A DNA stretch of 24,000 nt, from the NCBI RefSeq assembly GCF_020687485.1, contig NZ_JAJEQR010000014.1, positions 4,152-28,151 of the forward strand. Direction: 5' to 3'. This DNA is from Hominifimenecus microfluidus (GTDB lineage: Bacteria > Bacillota > Clostridia > Lachnospirales > Lachnospiraceae). The notes beneath the pieces were generated by a model, which did no database searches, was not told the DNA's origin, and saw only the letters and a program-made list of their open reading frames with translations. Every line of letters begins with the position of its first letter. Position 1 is the first letter of the stretch. Positions 7,181 to 13,968 of this stretch are shown in pieces. The position numbers and the translations under genes were made by a program.

Positions 7181-7817
7181 CTATGTCATTATAAGTAAGG
7201 GCAAGCAATTCACCGATACGCATTCCGGTCCAGTACAGCAGAAGAAATGCCATTCTTGTTTCTAGCTTATCACTTACTGTCTCCAGAAACGCATTGAACT
7301 CTTCCTGCATCCAGAAATCCTTCGGTTCTCCTTTGCTCTTGCCGATCGCTCCTGCCTTCCTGCAGGGATTATCTTGCAGGTTATAATACCGCATGGCATA
7401 ATTGAAAATTGCAGTCAGCTGGCAGTTCACTGTTTTCAGATAAGTAGGAGAATATCCTTTTCCATTCTTATCCTTATACGTCAGCAACTCATTCTGCCAT
7501 GCACGGACGTCTGCCACCGTAATTTCACTGAGAATCTTCTTTTCAAAATAAGGCTTGATTTTCAGGTCAATAATATATCGCTTCGTGTACATAGTGTTTT
7601 CTCTGAGACGGACATCCATATCTTTGTAATAAATCTCCAGAAAATTTCCAAATTCAATATCCACCCCCTGGCTCTGCTGTTGTAGGAAATCTCTTTCCCA
7701 TTCCTTAGCTTCACCCTTGGTCCTGAATCCTCTTTTCTGTTTTCTTTTTCGGTTTCCTTGCCAGTCTTTGTAATAGACCTGTACTTTCCAGTTTTTTCCT
7801 TCTTTGTAAACCCCCAT
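7134..7817 (-). pseudogene. Tyrosine recombinase/integrase (Tn916-Int-like arm-binding N-terminus), truncated and lacking most of the catalytic domain
   Basis: The N-terminus MGVYKEGKNWKVQVYYKDWQGNRKRKQKRGFRTKGEAKEWE is an AP2-like arm-binding domain, followed by a SAM-like core-binding domain. Only the first catalytic Arg box (LLLYWTGMRIGELLALTYNDI) is present. The K, HxxR, H/W and Tyr nucleophile are missing, at 227 aa versus the expected near-400. Homology appears to end near 7183. Confidence 0.8.
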
Positions 7818-7819
7818 TA

Positions 7820-8017
7820 CTAATCCTCGACTTTCATGCCATAAATCTTTTCTGCCAGGAATTTCGTAGAGATTTTTCCAGCTACTACAATATATCCTTT
7901 TTCCTTCAATTCTTTGTTGTATTCTCGCATCAGACTATATGCATAAGTTTTTGAGACTCCAAGAATTGCACACACATCATCCACATCCATATACATTTTT
8001 TCCTGCATCATACTCAT
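7820..8017 (-). CDS. Excisionase-like HTH (HTH_17/MerR-type) DNA-binding protein, 65 aa
   Basis: MYMDVDDVCAILGVSKTYAYSLMREYNKELKEKGYIVVAGKISTKFLAEKIYG shows the typical pattern of small Xis-like proteins adjacent to integrases. It lies 2 nt upstream of the integrase start. Confidence 0.75.
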   Translation of the reverse strand: MSMMQEKMYMDVDDVCAILGVSKTYAYSLMREYNKELKEKGYIVVAGKISTKFLAEKIYGMKVED

Positions 8018-8232
8018 ACCGCTTTATCCTCCTTCAAATACTGCTCAACGTGTTCCAGACCATAGATCTTGTCCTCTACATAGCGGGTTGGCACCCGACC
8101 GAGAATCACATAATAGTTCTTGCTTGCCAGATCGGCATTCATTCTTTCCACCACACGGTAAGCAAACGAAACTGATAATCCAAAGAGTTCTGCAATGTCT
8201 TCCACTGATAAATACATTTTTCTCTTACGCAT
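8014..8232 (-). CDS. Second excisionase-like HTH paralog (about 72 aa)
   Basis: MRKRKMYLSVEDIAELFGLSVSFAYRVVERMNADLASKNYYVILGRVPTRYVEDKIYG has the same architecture as the downstream gene. Its stop overlaps the next start (ATGA). The start was chosen at the ATG at 8232 rather than the track's GTG at 8268. Confidence 0.7.
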   Translation of the reverse strand: MRKRKMYLSVEDIAELFGLSVSFAYRVVERMNADLASKNYYVILGRVPTRYVEDKIYGLEHVEQYLKEDKAV

Positions 8233-8264
8233 GAAACCATTCCTTTCCCTCTTCCTGTGGAATC

Positions 8265-8342
8265 TCACAAGTAAGCCGATGTCTGTTTTACTTCCAGAAG
8301 TTCACATATATCGGCTGCCTTTAAAAATAATTTGTTCTGCAT
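8265..8342 (-). pseudogene. Third HTH_17-like N-terminal fragment (25 codons) with a strong RBS
   Basis: The reverse strand reads ACAGGAGGTactgattATG, then MQNKLFLKAADICELLEVKQTSAYL-stop. This covers helix-turn-helix only and lacks the C-terminal part present in the two paralogs. Confidence 0.35.
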
Positions 8343-8691
8343 AATCAGTACCTCCTGTGTTTTGAATATTTATCTCTTCATATACTCTGTACTGGCAGAT
8401 ACAAAATCGGACATCATTTTCCGAAATTTATCAAATTTTCTTGTTTTTTAATTCTCCATCAGTGTGATTACTGTGTCATGGAGTTTTAGCTCATCGAAAG
8501 TAAAGAACCTTTCTGTGGTATCTGTTTTCTAAATGCAGGCAACAAAAAAACAGTCTGCCTTGACGAAAATCACTTCAATCAAAACAAACTGTTCTTCATA
8601 TTTACTCTAATTTTATTTTATGAGAATAACTGATTTCACGAAATTTGCAGGTGAATCTGGAATATAAACAAGAGAAAAAAATATTTTTTAA

Positions 8692-8712
8692 ACTCCATTT
8701 GCACTCCATTTG
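8692..8712. repeat. Tandem decamer ACTCCATTTG x2
   Basis: ACTCCATTTG (8692-8701), a single c, then ACTCCATTTG (8703-8712), in AT-rich non-coding DNA between the integrase module and the conjugation module. Confidence 0.6.
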
Positions 8713-8948
8713 GTCTTTTCGACTGCCCGCAAAGCCTTTATTTATGGGCTTTTCCGCGATTTTTCAAGCTACTCAAACTCCAGACAGACAGTATGCCATA
8801 TAAGTGAAAATCATTGATTTTAAGGCATTTTCAGGAACTATCAACCACTAAAATCTATATGAAAACAAATTAAAAATGCAATAAAAATGCAATCGAAGTA
8901 CATTCAGATTTTATAAGATAGACCAGCAAACCTCAATATCATCCCAAA

Positions 8949-8980
8949 ATAGACGTTCAACAATGGGCGTCTATTTTTTG
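8949..8980 (+). terminator. Terminator-like hairpin flanked by A and T runs (possibly bidirectional)
   Basis: AAAATAGACG...CGTCTATTTTTTG, with a 7-bp stem ATAGACG / CGTCTAT. Confidence 0.5.
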
Positions 8981-9012
8981 TTTCAAAATTAAATGGGGCT
9001 GAAAACAGCCCC
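8981..9012 (-). terminator. Rho-independent terminator for the minus-strand sORF transcript
   Basis: The minus strand reads GGGGCTG-tttt-CAGCCCC (perfect 7-bp stem, 8995-9012), followed by ATTTAATTTTG. Confidence 0.5.
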
Positions 9013-9090
9013 GATGGGAATTGGAGATTTGACCCTCCCGGATTCTTCATGTCATGCCAGCCGTAATTTTTTCCATTGCCCCTGCACACT

Positions 9091-9156
9091 TTAGCAAAAA
9101 TTCCCAGAAATTCCGTCGCCCACCATAATGCTTTTTACAGTTGTTATTATTGTCAT
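9091..9156 (-). CDS. Candidate 21-aa small ORF (MTIITTVKSIMVGDGISGNFC)
   Basis: A consensus AGGAGGT (9163-9169) lies 6 nt upstream of the ATG at 9156. The ORF sits downstream of a near-consensus promoter and upstream of a terminator. It is the 3' part of track ORF 9091..9282, whose GTG start has no RBS. Confidence 0.35.
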   Translation of the reverse strand: MTIITTVKSIMVGDGISGNFC

Positions 9157-9286
9157 AAGCGTACCTCCTGATATTATAAATCTCCACTGAAATCTACTTT
9201 TAAGTTGTTGGGAGTACATGACAGAGCTACATGAAAAAACACAAGCTAACAATCCTAACCATGACGATTTAATTTTTAACACCTAG

Positions 9287-9315
9287 ATAATATCACAACC
9301 CTGTAATTTCTTCAA
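9287..9315 (-). promoter_or_regulatory. Near-consensus sigma-A promoter on the minus strand
   Basis: The minus strand reads TTGAAG (9315-9310), a 17-nt spacer ending in TGa, then TATTAT (9292-9287), which is an extended -10. A weaker plus-strand candidate (TGACGA, 18 nt, GATAAT at 9286-9291) overlaps it back-to-back. Confidence 0.45.
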
Positions 9316-9440
9316 TAGTCCCAGAAAGGATGTGATACCACGAAGAAATCACCACCGCCGGAGCGTTCACCTCCGACTTTCAAACCGGAACCTAAAACTA
9401 ACCATCAAACACAACATTCAGAAAGGACAGGTATATCTAT

Positions 9441-9755
9441 ATGGAATTAAAATTCGTTATCCCCAACATGGAAAAGACATTCGGCAACTTGGAGTTTGCC
9501 GGAGAAGACAAGACAGAACAGAGAAGAATCAATGGACGCATGACGGTACTCTCCCGCAGCTTCAATCTTTATTCAGACGTACAGAGGGCGGATGATATTG
9601 TGGTTATCCTCCCTGCCGAAGCCGGAGAGAAACATTTTGACTTTGAGGAACGTGTGAAGCTCGTCAATCCACGTATCACCGCAGAGGGCTATAAAATCGG
9701 CACAAGGGGCTTTACCAACTACATTTTGCACGCTGACGATATGGTAAAAGCATAA
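9441..9755 (+). CDS. Tn916 Orf23-like conjugation protein (DUF961 family)
   Basis: A 104-aa protein, MELKFVIPNMEKTFGNLEFAG..., paralogous to the next gene. Its position immediately upstream of the FtsK-like coupling protein matches Tn916 and ICEBs1 (YdcO/YdcP). Confidence 0.8.
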   Translation: MELKFVIPNMEKTFGNLEFAGEDKTEQRRINGRMTVLSRSFNLYSDVQRADDIVVILPAEAGEKHFDFEERVKLVNPRITAEGYKIGTRGFTNYILHADDMVKA

Positions 9756-9776
9756 GGAAAAGGAGGACATCAGACT

Positions 9777-10154
9777 ATGAGATTAGCAAACGGAATCGTG
9801 ATTGACAAGGAAGCAACTTTCGGGGCATTGAAATTTTCTGCCCTCCGCCGTGAGGTTCACCTCCAGAATGAAGACGGCTCGGTATCAGAAGAAATCAAGG
9901 AGCGTACCTATGACTTAAAATCCAGAGGACAGGGGCGTATGATTCAGGTTTCCATCCCTGCCAGCGTGCCATTAAAGGAGTTCGATTACAATGCAGAGGT
10001 GGAACTTATCAATCCTGTGGCAGATACCGTGGCAACGGCTACCTTTCAGGGAGCAGAGGTAGACTGGTACATCAAGGCGGAGGATATTGTTCTGAAAAAA
10101 GGGGCTGCCATGAATCCGCAGCCACCAAAGAAAGACGTTCCCCCTGCAAAATAA
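9777..10154 (+). CDS. Tn916 Orf22-like conjugation protein (DUF961 family)
   Basis: A 125-aa protein, MRLANGIVIDKEATFGALKFSA..., with an AGGAGG RBS. It is a paralog of the preceding gene. Confidence 0.8.
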   Translation: MRLANGIVIDKEATFGALKFSALRREVHLQNEDGSVSEEIKERTYDLKSRGQGRMIQVSIPASVPLKEFDYNAEVELINPVADTVATATFQGAEVDWYIKAEDIVLKKGAAMNPQPPKKDVPPAK

Positions 10155-10189
10155 CAGGAACATAAAAAAACGAAAGGAGGATTGTTCCT

Positions 10190-11587
10190 ATGAAGCAGCT
10201 TTTCCCCCGTGGAAAACGTATCCGTCCCACGGATAAAGACCTTGTATTTTATACTGCCCTTGCTTCTCTGCTCCCTGTCTTCCTGCTGGTTGTCCTGCTG
10301 TTTCATATCGGGCAGATTGCCGGAACCAACTGGCAGGAAGTGTCCCTCTCCCAGATAGTACAGGATGTAAATATCCCTTATCTGCTATTTAGCATGGGCG
10401 TGGCAGGGCTGGTGTGCCTTACAGCAGTTCTTCTGTTCTGGCGATACCGCAGGGATGAAGTAAAGCAGCTCATCCACCGCCAAAAGCTGGCAAGGATGGT
10501 GTTGGAAAACAAGTGGTATGAATCGGAGCAGAGAAAGGAGGACGCTTTTTTCAAGGACTTGTCTTCCAGCCGTTCCAAAGAAACCATCACTTACTTTCCC
10601 AAAATCTACTACCGGATGAAACAAGGCTTGCTCCATATCCGTGTGGAAATCACCTTGGGGAAATATCAGGAACAGCTCTTAAACTTGGAGAGAAAGCTGG
10701 AAAGCGGCTTGTACTGTGAGCTGACGGATAAGGAATTAAAGGATTCCTATGTGGAGTACACCCTGCTCTATGATACCATTGCGAACCGTATCTCCATTGA
10801 GGATGTACAGGCAAAGGACGGCAGGCTCCGGCTCATGGAAAATGTCTGGTGGGAGTATGACAAGCTCCCCCATATGCTCATTGCCGGAGGAACCGGCGGC
10901 GGAAAGACCTACTTCATCCTGACCCTCATTGAAGCCCTGCTCCGCACCAACGCCGTCCTGTTCGTGTTAGACCCAAAGAACGCCGACCTTGCGGATTTAC
11001 AGGCGGTTATGCCGGATGTGTACTACAAAAAGGAGGATATGCTCGACTGCATTGACCGTTTCTATGAAGAAATGATGAAACGCAGCGAAGACATGAAGCT
11101 CATGGAGAATTACCGGACAGGGGAAAATTACGCTTATCTGGGGCTTCCTGCAAATTTCCTTATCTTTGATGAATATGTGGCATTTATGGAAATGCTCGGC
11201 ACAAAGGAAAATGCCGCTGTCCTCAACAAATTAAAACAAATCGTTATGCTTGGGCGGCAGGCTGGCTTCTTCCTGATTCTCGCCTGCCAGCGTCCAGACG
11301 CAAAGTATCTGGGGGACGGAATCCGTGACCAGTTTAATTTCCGTGTGGCTCTGGGGCGGATGTCGGAAATGGGCTATGGGATGATGTTCGGGGAAACCAC
11401 AAAGGATTTCTTCCTAAAGCAGATAAAAGGGCGTGGCTATGTGGATGTGGGAACCAGCGTTATCTCGGAATTTTACACGCCCCTTGTGCCAAAAGGACAC
11501 GATTTCCTCAAAGAAATAAAAAAACTGATAGACAGCAGGCAGGAAGTGCAGGCGGCGTGCGAAGCGAAAGCCGCAGAAACGGACTGA
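10190..11587 (+). CDS. FtsK/SpoIIIE-family coupling protein (Tn916 Orf21-like)
   Basis: Two N-terminal TM segments, Walker A GGTGGGKT, Walker B-like FLIFDEY and ILACQRP are present. The 465-aa size matches Orf21. Confidence 0.9.
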   Translation: MKQLFPRGKRIRPTDKDLVFYTALASLLPVFLLVVLLFHIGQIAGTNWQEVSLSQIVQDVNIPYLLFSMGVAGLVCLTAVLLFWRYRRDEVKQLIHRQKLARMVLENKWYESEQRKEDAFFKDLSSSRSKETITYFPKIYYRMKQGLLHIRVEITLGKYQEQLLNLERKLESGLYCELTDKELKDSYVEYTLLYDTIANRISIEDVQAKDGRLRLMENVWWEYDKLPHMLIAGGTGGGKTYFILTLIEALLRTNAVLFVLDPKNADLADLQAVMPDVYYKKEDMLDCIDRFYEEMMKRSEDMKLMENYRTGENYAYLGLPANFLIFDEYVAFMEMLGTKENAAVLNKLKQIVMLGRQAGFFLILACQRPDAKYLGDGIRDQFNFRVALGRMSEMGYGMMFGETTKDFFLKQIKGRGYVDVGTSVISEFYTPLVPKGHDFLKEIKKLIDSRQEVQAACEAKAAETD

Positions 11588-11597
11588 CCTGCTATGG

Positions 11598-11754
11598 CTG
11601 GTGTGCCGCAAGGCACGCCAGCATGAACCCCTCGTATCTAACAGAGGGGTACAAATCGACAGGCAACAATCAAACAACAGGGCAGAATCCCACGATACAC
11701 AAGGGATTCTCCCATATCCGGCGTATGTCAACAAGACTCTGAAAGTTGACATAC
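11598..11754 (+). other. Candidate oriT: cluster of four inverted repeats between the coupling-protein and relaxase genes
   Basis: IR1 is CTGGTGTGCC/GGCACGCCAG (11598-11621). IR2 is CCCCTC/GAGGGG (11628-11649). IR3 is GAATCCC/GGGATTC (11685-11709). IR4 is GTATGTCAAC/GTTGACATAC (11723-11754), followed by GCTTTTTT. The Tn916 oriT was mapped to the orf21-orf20 intergenic region. Confidence 0.6.
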
Positions 11755-11780
11755 GCTTTTTTAGACAGGAGGGATTTTCA

Positions 11781-12962
11781 CTGAATGAAGAAACATGGGT
11801 ACAGGACATCAAAGAAAAACGGGAAGTTTACGGCATTTCACAACAGAAACTTGCGTTAGCTGCCGGAATCACCCGTCCGTACCTGAGCGATATTGAAACG
11901 GGCAAGGCTCACCCATCCGAAGCATTACAGAAAGCCATCTCAGAAGCTCTGGAACGCTTCAATCCAGATAATCCCCTTGAAATGCTCTTTGACTATGTTC
12001 GGATTCGCTTTCCTACTACGGATGTGAAGCATATCGTGGAAGACGTGCTGCGGTTAAAACTCCCCTACTTTATCCATGAAGACTACGGCTTCTACTCTTA
12101 CACAGAGCATTACTATCTGGGGGATATTTTCATTCTAGTATCGCCGGAGCTGGAAAAAGGGGTGCTGCTGGAACTGAAAGGGCGTGGCTGCCGCCAGTTT
12201 GAAAGCTATCTGCTGGCACAGGAACGGAGCTGGTATGAGTTTTTTATGGACGTTCTCATGGAGGACGGCGTGATGAAGCGGCTTGACCTTGCCATCAATG
12301 ACAAAACAGGAATCCTGAACATTCCCCATCTGACAGAGAAGTGCCGGAATGAGGAATGTATCTCGGTCTTCCGCAGCTTCAAAAGCTACCGCAGCGGCGA
12401 ACTGGTACGGAGTGGGGAAAAAGAATGTATGGGGAACACCCTGTATATCGGCTCCCTCCAAAGTGAGGTGTACTTCTGCATTTATGAAAAAGACTATGAG
12501 CAGTACAAAAAGCACGATATTCCCATTGCGGACGCAGAGGTAAAGAACCGCTTTGAAATCCGGCTGAAAAATGAGCGTGCCTTTTACGCCATCCGTGACC
12601 TGTTAGAACATGACAATCCAGAACGGACAGCGTTTCAAATCATCAACCGCTATGTCCGGTTCGTGGACAGGGACGATACGAAGCCCCGTTCTGACTGGCG
12701 TATCAATAAGGAATGGGCGTGGTTTATGGGGGAACACAGGGGAAGCCTGAAACTGACAACCAAACCGGAACCCTATTCCTTTGAACGCACCCTGCACTGG
12801 CTCTCCCATCAGGTAGCCCCCACGTTAAAGCTGGCTCTCCGTCTGGATAAGATGAACCACACCCAGATTGTCCATGACATCATCACCCATGCAAGGCTGA
12901 CGGAGAAGCATGAAAAAATCCTGAAGCAGCAAGCCGCCGCTGCAAAGGAGGTGGTGCTTTAA
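11781..12962 (+). CDS. Rep_trans-family relaxase with N-terminal XRE HTH (Tn916 Orf20-like)
   Basis: NEETWVQDIKEKREVYGISQQKLALAAGITRPYLSDIETGK is the HTH, followed by a Rep_trans-like body (MLFDYVRIRFPT..., LDLAINDK..., YIGS..SEVYFCIYEKDYE). There is no ATG, GTG or TTG in frame after CAGGAGGG, so the start was provisionally placed at CTG 11781. The upstream 60 codons of the track ORF cover the oriT repeats and are unlikely to be coding. Confidence 0.8.
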   Translation: MNEETWVQDIKEKREVYGISQQKLALAAGITRPYLSDIETGKAHPSEALQKAISEALERFNPDNPLEMLFDYVRIRFPTTDVKHIVEDVLRLKLPYFIHEDYGFYSYTEHYYLGDIFILVSPELEKGVLLELKGRGCRQFESYLLAQERSWYEFFMDVLMEDGVMKRLDLAINDKTGILNIPHLTEKCRNEECISVFRSFKSYRSGELVRSGEKECMGNTLYIGSLQSEVYFCIYEKDYEQYKKHDIPIADAEVKNRFEIRLKNERAFYAIRDLLEHDNPERTAFQIINRYVRFVDRDDTKPRSDWRINKEWAWFMGEHRGSLKLTTKPEPYSFERTLHWLSHQVAPTLKLALRLDKMNHTQIVHDIITHARLTEKHEKILKQQAAAAKEVVL

Positions 12963-13013
12963 CGGCGGCAATTTTAGAACCTAAGAAATCTTACAGGAAA
13001 GAAAGGAGCTTTT

Positions 13014-13235
13014 ATGAATTTCGGACAGAATCTTTACAACTGGTTTTTATCCAACGCCCAGTCCCTTGTGCTGCTGGCAATCGTGGTGATTGGACTGTAC
13101 CTCGGATTTAAGAGGGAATTTTCCAAACTTATCGGCTTTTTAGTAGTTTCCCTCGTAGCGGTCGGTCTGGTCTTCAATGCGGACGGTGTAAAGGACATCT
13201 TACTGGAACTGTTCAATAAGATTATCGGTGCATAG
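13014..13235 (+). CDS. Tn916 Orf19-like small membrane protein
   Basis: A 73-aa protein with two TM segments, MNFGQNLYNWFLSNAQSLVLLAIVVIGLYLGFKREFSKLIGF..., with an AAAGGAG RBS. Confidence 0.75.
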   Translation: MNFGQNLYNWFLSNAQSLVLLAIVVIGLYLGFKREFSKLIGFLVVSLVAVGLVFNADGVKDILLELFNKIIGA

Positions 13236-13249
13236 GAAACCCATTTTAC

Positions 13250-13322
13250 ACTTCCGTTATGGAGCAAGCTCTGATTGCTTCATGGCGGAAGTCCACTAGG
13301 GGCTTGGGGAGCGTAACTCCCC
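13250..13322 (+). other. Extended hairpin pair (candidate single-strand origin or ssDNA-active element)
   Basis: ACTTCCGTTATGGAGCAA (13250-13267) pairs with TTGCTTCATGGCGGAAGT (13275-13292). The stem is 18 bp with three G:T/U pairs and a 7-nt loop. A second hairpin GGGGAG-cgtaa-CTCCCC follows at 13306-13322. Confidence 0.4.
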
Positions 13323-13358
13323 AAAAGAAAGAAGATGTAATATGATAGTGTATGATAA

Positions 13359-13387
13359 TTGAGATAAACTAAGAATGGTGGTATAAT
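13359..13387 (+). promoter_or_regulatory. Near-consensus sigma-A promoter for the AT-rich inserted gene
   Basis: TTGAGA (13359-13364), a 17-nt spacer ending in TGg, then TATAAT (13382-13387), which is an extended -10. A GGAGG RBS lies 6 nt before the ATG at 13421. Confidence 0.55.
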
Positions 13388-13420
13388 TTCTTTAATAGTA
13401 ATTGAAAGTGGAGGAAATGT

Positions 13421-13927
13421 ATGAAGGATTTTATTGATTTTTTGAAATTACCACCGAACATTTTGGGAGCTTTATCTATTGCCAGTGGTACATTATTATT
13501 ATTGCCTCAAAAGTTAGCCCAAAAGTTTTATATTATAAATTTTCGAGAAAAATATGGTTTTACAATAGGCATTGTTTTTGTGATTTCCACAGCTTTACTA
13601 ATCGTTTTATTACTATCTAAAATTTTTCATTTCTTTTATGACAAGTATGCTTCTAAGAGATTAGGAACTGCTCAGATTAAATATTTGAAAAATATGACAC
13701 CAGAACAGGTGACAATCATTCGGGAGTTTTTACGTGAACCAACTCACACCCTGCCATTACCCATGAACAATGGATTAGTAATAGAACTTCAACATTTACA
13801 AATATTAACCCCTGCCGGACAAACTCATTTAGTAAGTATGTTAGACCCACAAATCAATTATTTTTTACAACCTTGGGTAATTAAAAAAATCAATAGTGAT
13901 GAAGAATTAAAGCGAATATTTTATTAG
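13421..13927 (+). CDS. 2-TM membrane protein with a cytoplasmic C-terminal domain; architecture resembles superinfection-exclusion SieB-family proteins (tentative)
   Basis: The 168-aa protein has TM1 near ILGALSIASGTLLLL and TM2 near GFTIGIVFVISTALLIVLLL. The C-terminal part is ..MTPEQVTIIREFLREPTHTLPLPMNNGLVIELQHLQILTPAGQ.. The gene has its own promoter and terminator and is much more AT-rich than its neighbours. The family assignment is from memory only. Confidence 0.6.
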   Translation: MKDFIDFLKLPPNILGALSIASGTLLLLPQKLAQKFYIINFREKYGFTIGIVFVISTALLIVLLLSKIFHFFYDKYASKRLGTAQIKYLKNMTPEQVTIIREFLREPTHTLPLPMNNGLVIELQHLQILTPAGQTHLVSMLDPQINYFLQPWVIKKINSDEELKRIFY

Positions 13928-13931
13928 AAAA

Positions 13932-13968
13932 ATGGCAACTGACAAACAAAGTTAGTTGCCATTTTTTG
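13932..13968 (+). terminator. Rho-independent terminator after the inserted gene
   Basis: ATGGCAACT (13932-13940) pairs with AGTTGCCAT (13954-13962) as a perfect 9-bp stem, followed by TTTTTTG. Confidence 0.7.

Noticed and set aside
8873-8898. A short tandem AAAAATGCAAT x2.
   Set aside because: Two copies of an 11-mer in very AT-rich DNA can easily arise by chance. There are no spacers or further repeats, so it is not a CRISPR or iteron array.
8904-9282. Track ORFs 8904..9089 and 9091..9282 (minus strand) as full-length proteins.
   Set aside because: Their GTG starts lack RBSs, and the 9282 start would sit at or before the predicted TSS. The 8904 ORF reads straight through two terminator hairpins. 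Only the internal 21-codon ORF with a consensus RBS was kept, at low confidence.
9332-9595. An 87-aa plus-strand ORF overlapping the orf23-like start.
   Set aside because: It is out of frame with the conserved DUF961-like gene. Its RBS-like AAAGGA is only 1 nt from the GTG, and its Arg-rich sequence is implausible.
11601-11780. The N-terminal 60-codon extension of the relaxase ORF as given in the track.
   Set aside because: It would translate through the four inverted repeats and the terminator-like hairpin. The strong RBS CAGGAGGG lies at its end, just before the conserved NEETWVQDIKEKR sequence.
11414-11812. A 132-aa minus-strand ORF and a 61-aa plus-strand ORF (11557..11742) across the orf21-orf20 gap.
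   Set aside because: They span the inverted-repeat (oriT-like) region and the 3' end of the coupling-protein gene. They have no RBS, and the repeats explain the open frames.
12135-12809. Minus-strand ORFs (12135..12515, 12603..12809) and plus-strand ORF 12349..12543 inside the relaxase gene.
   Set aside because: They are antisense or alternative frames of a well-supported Rep_trans gene, with no independent signals.
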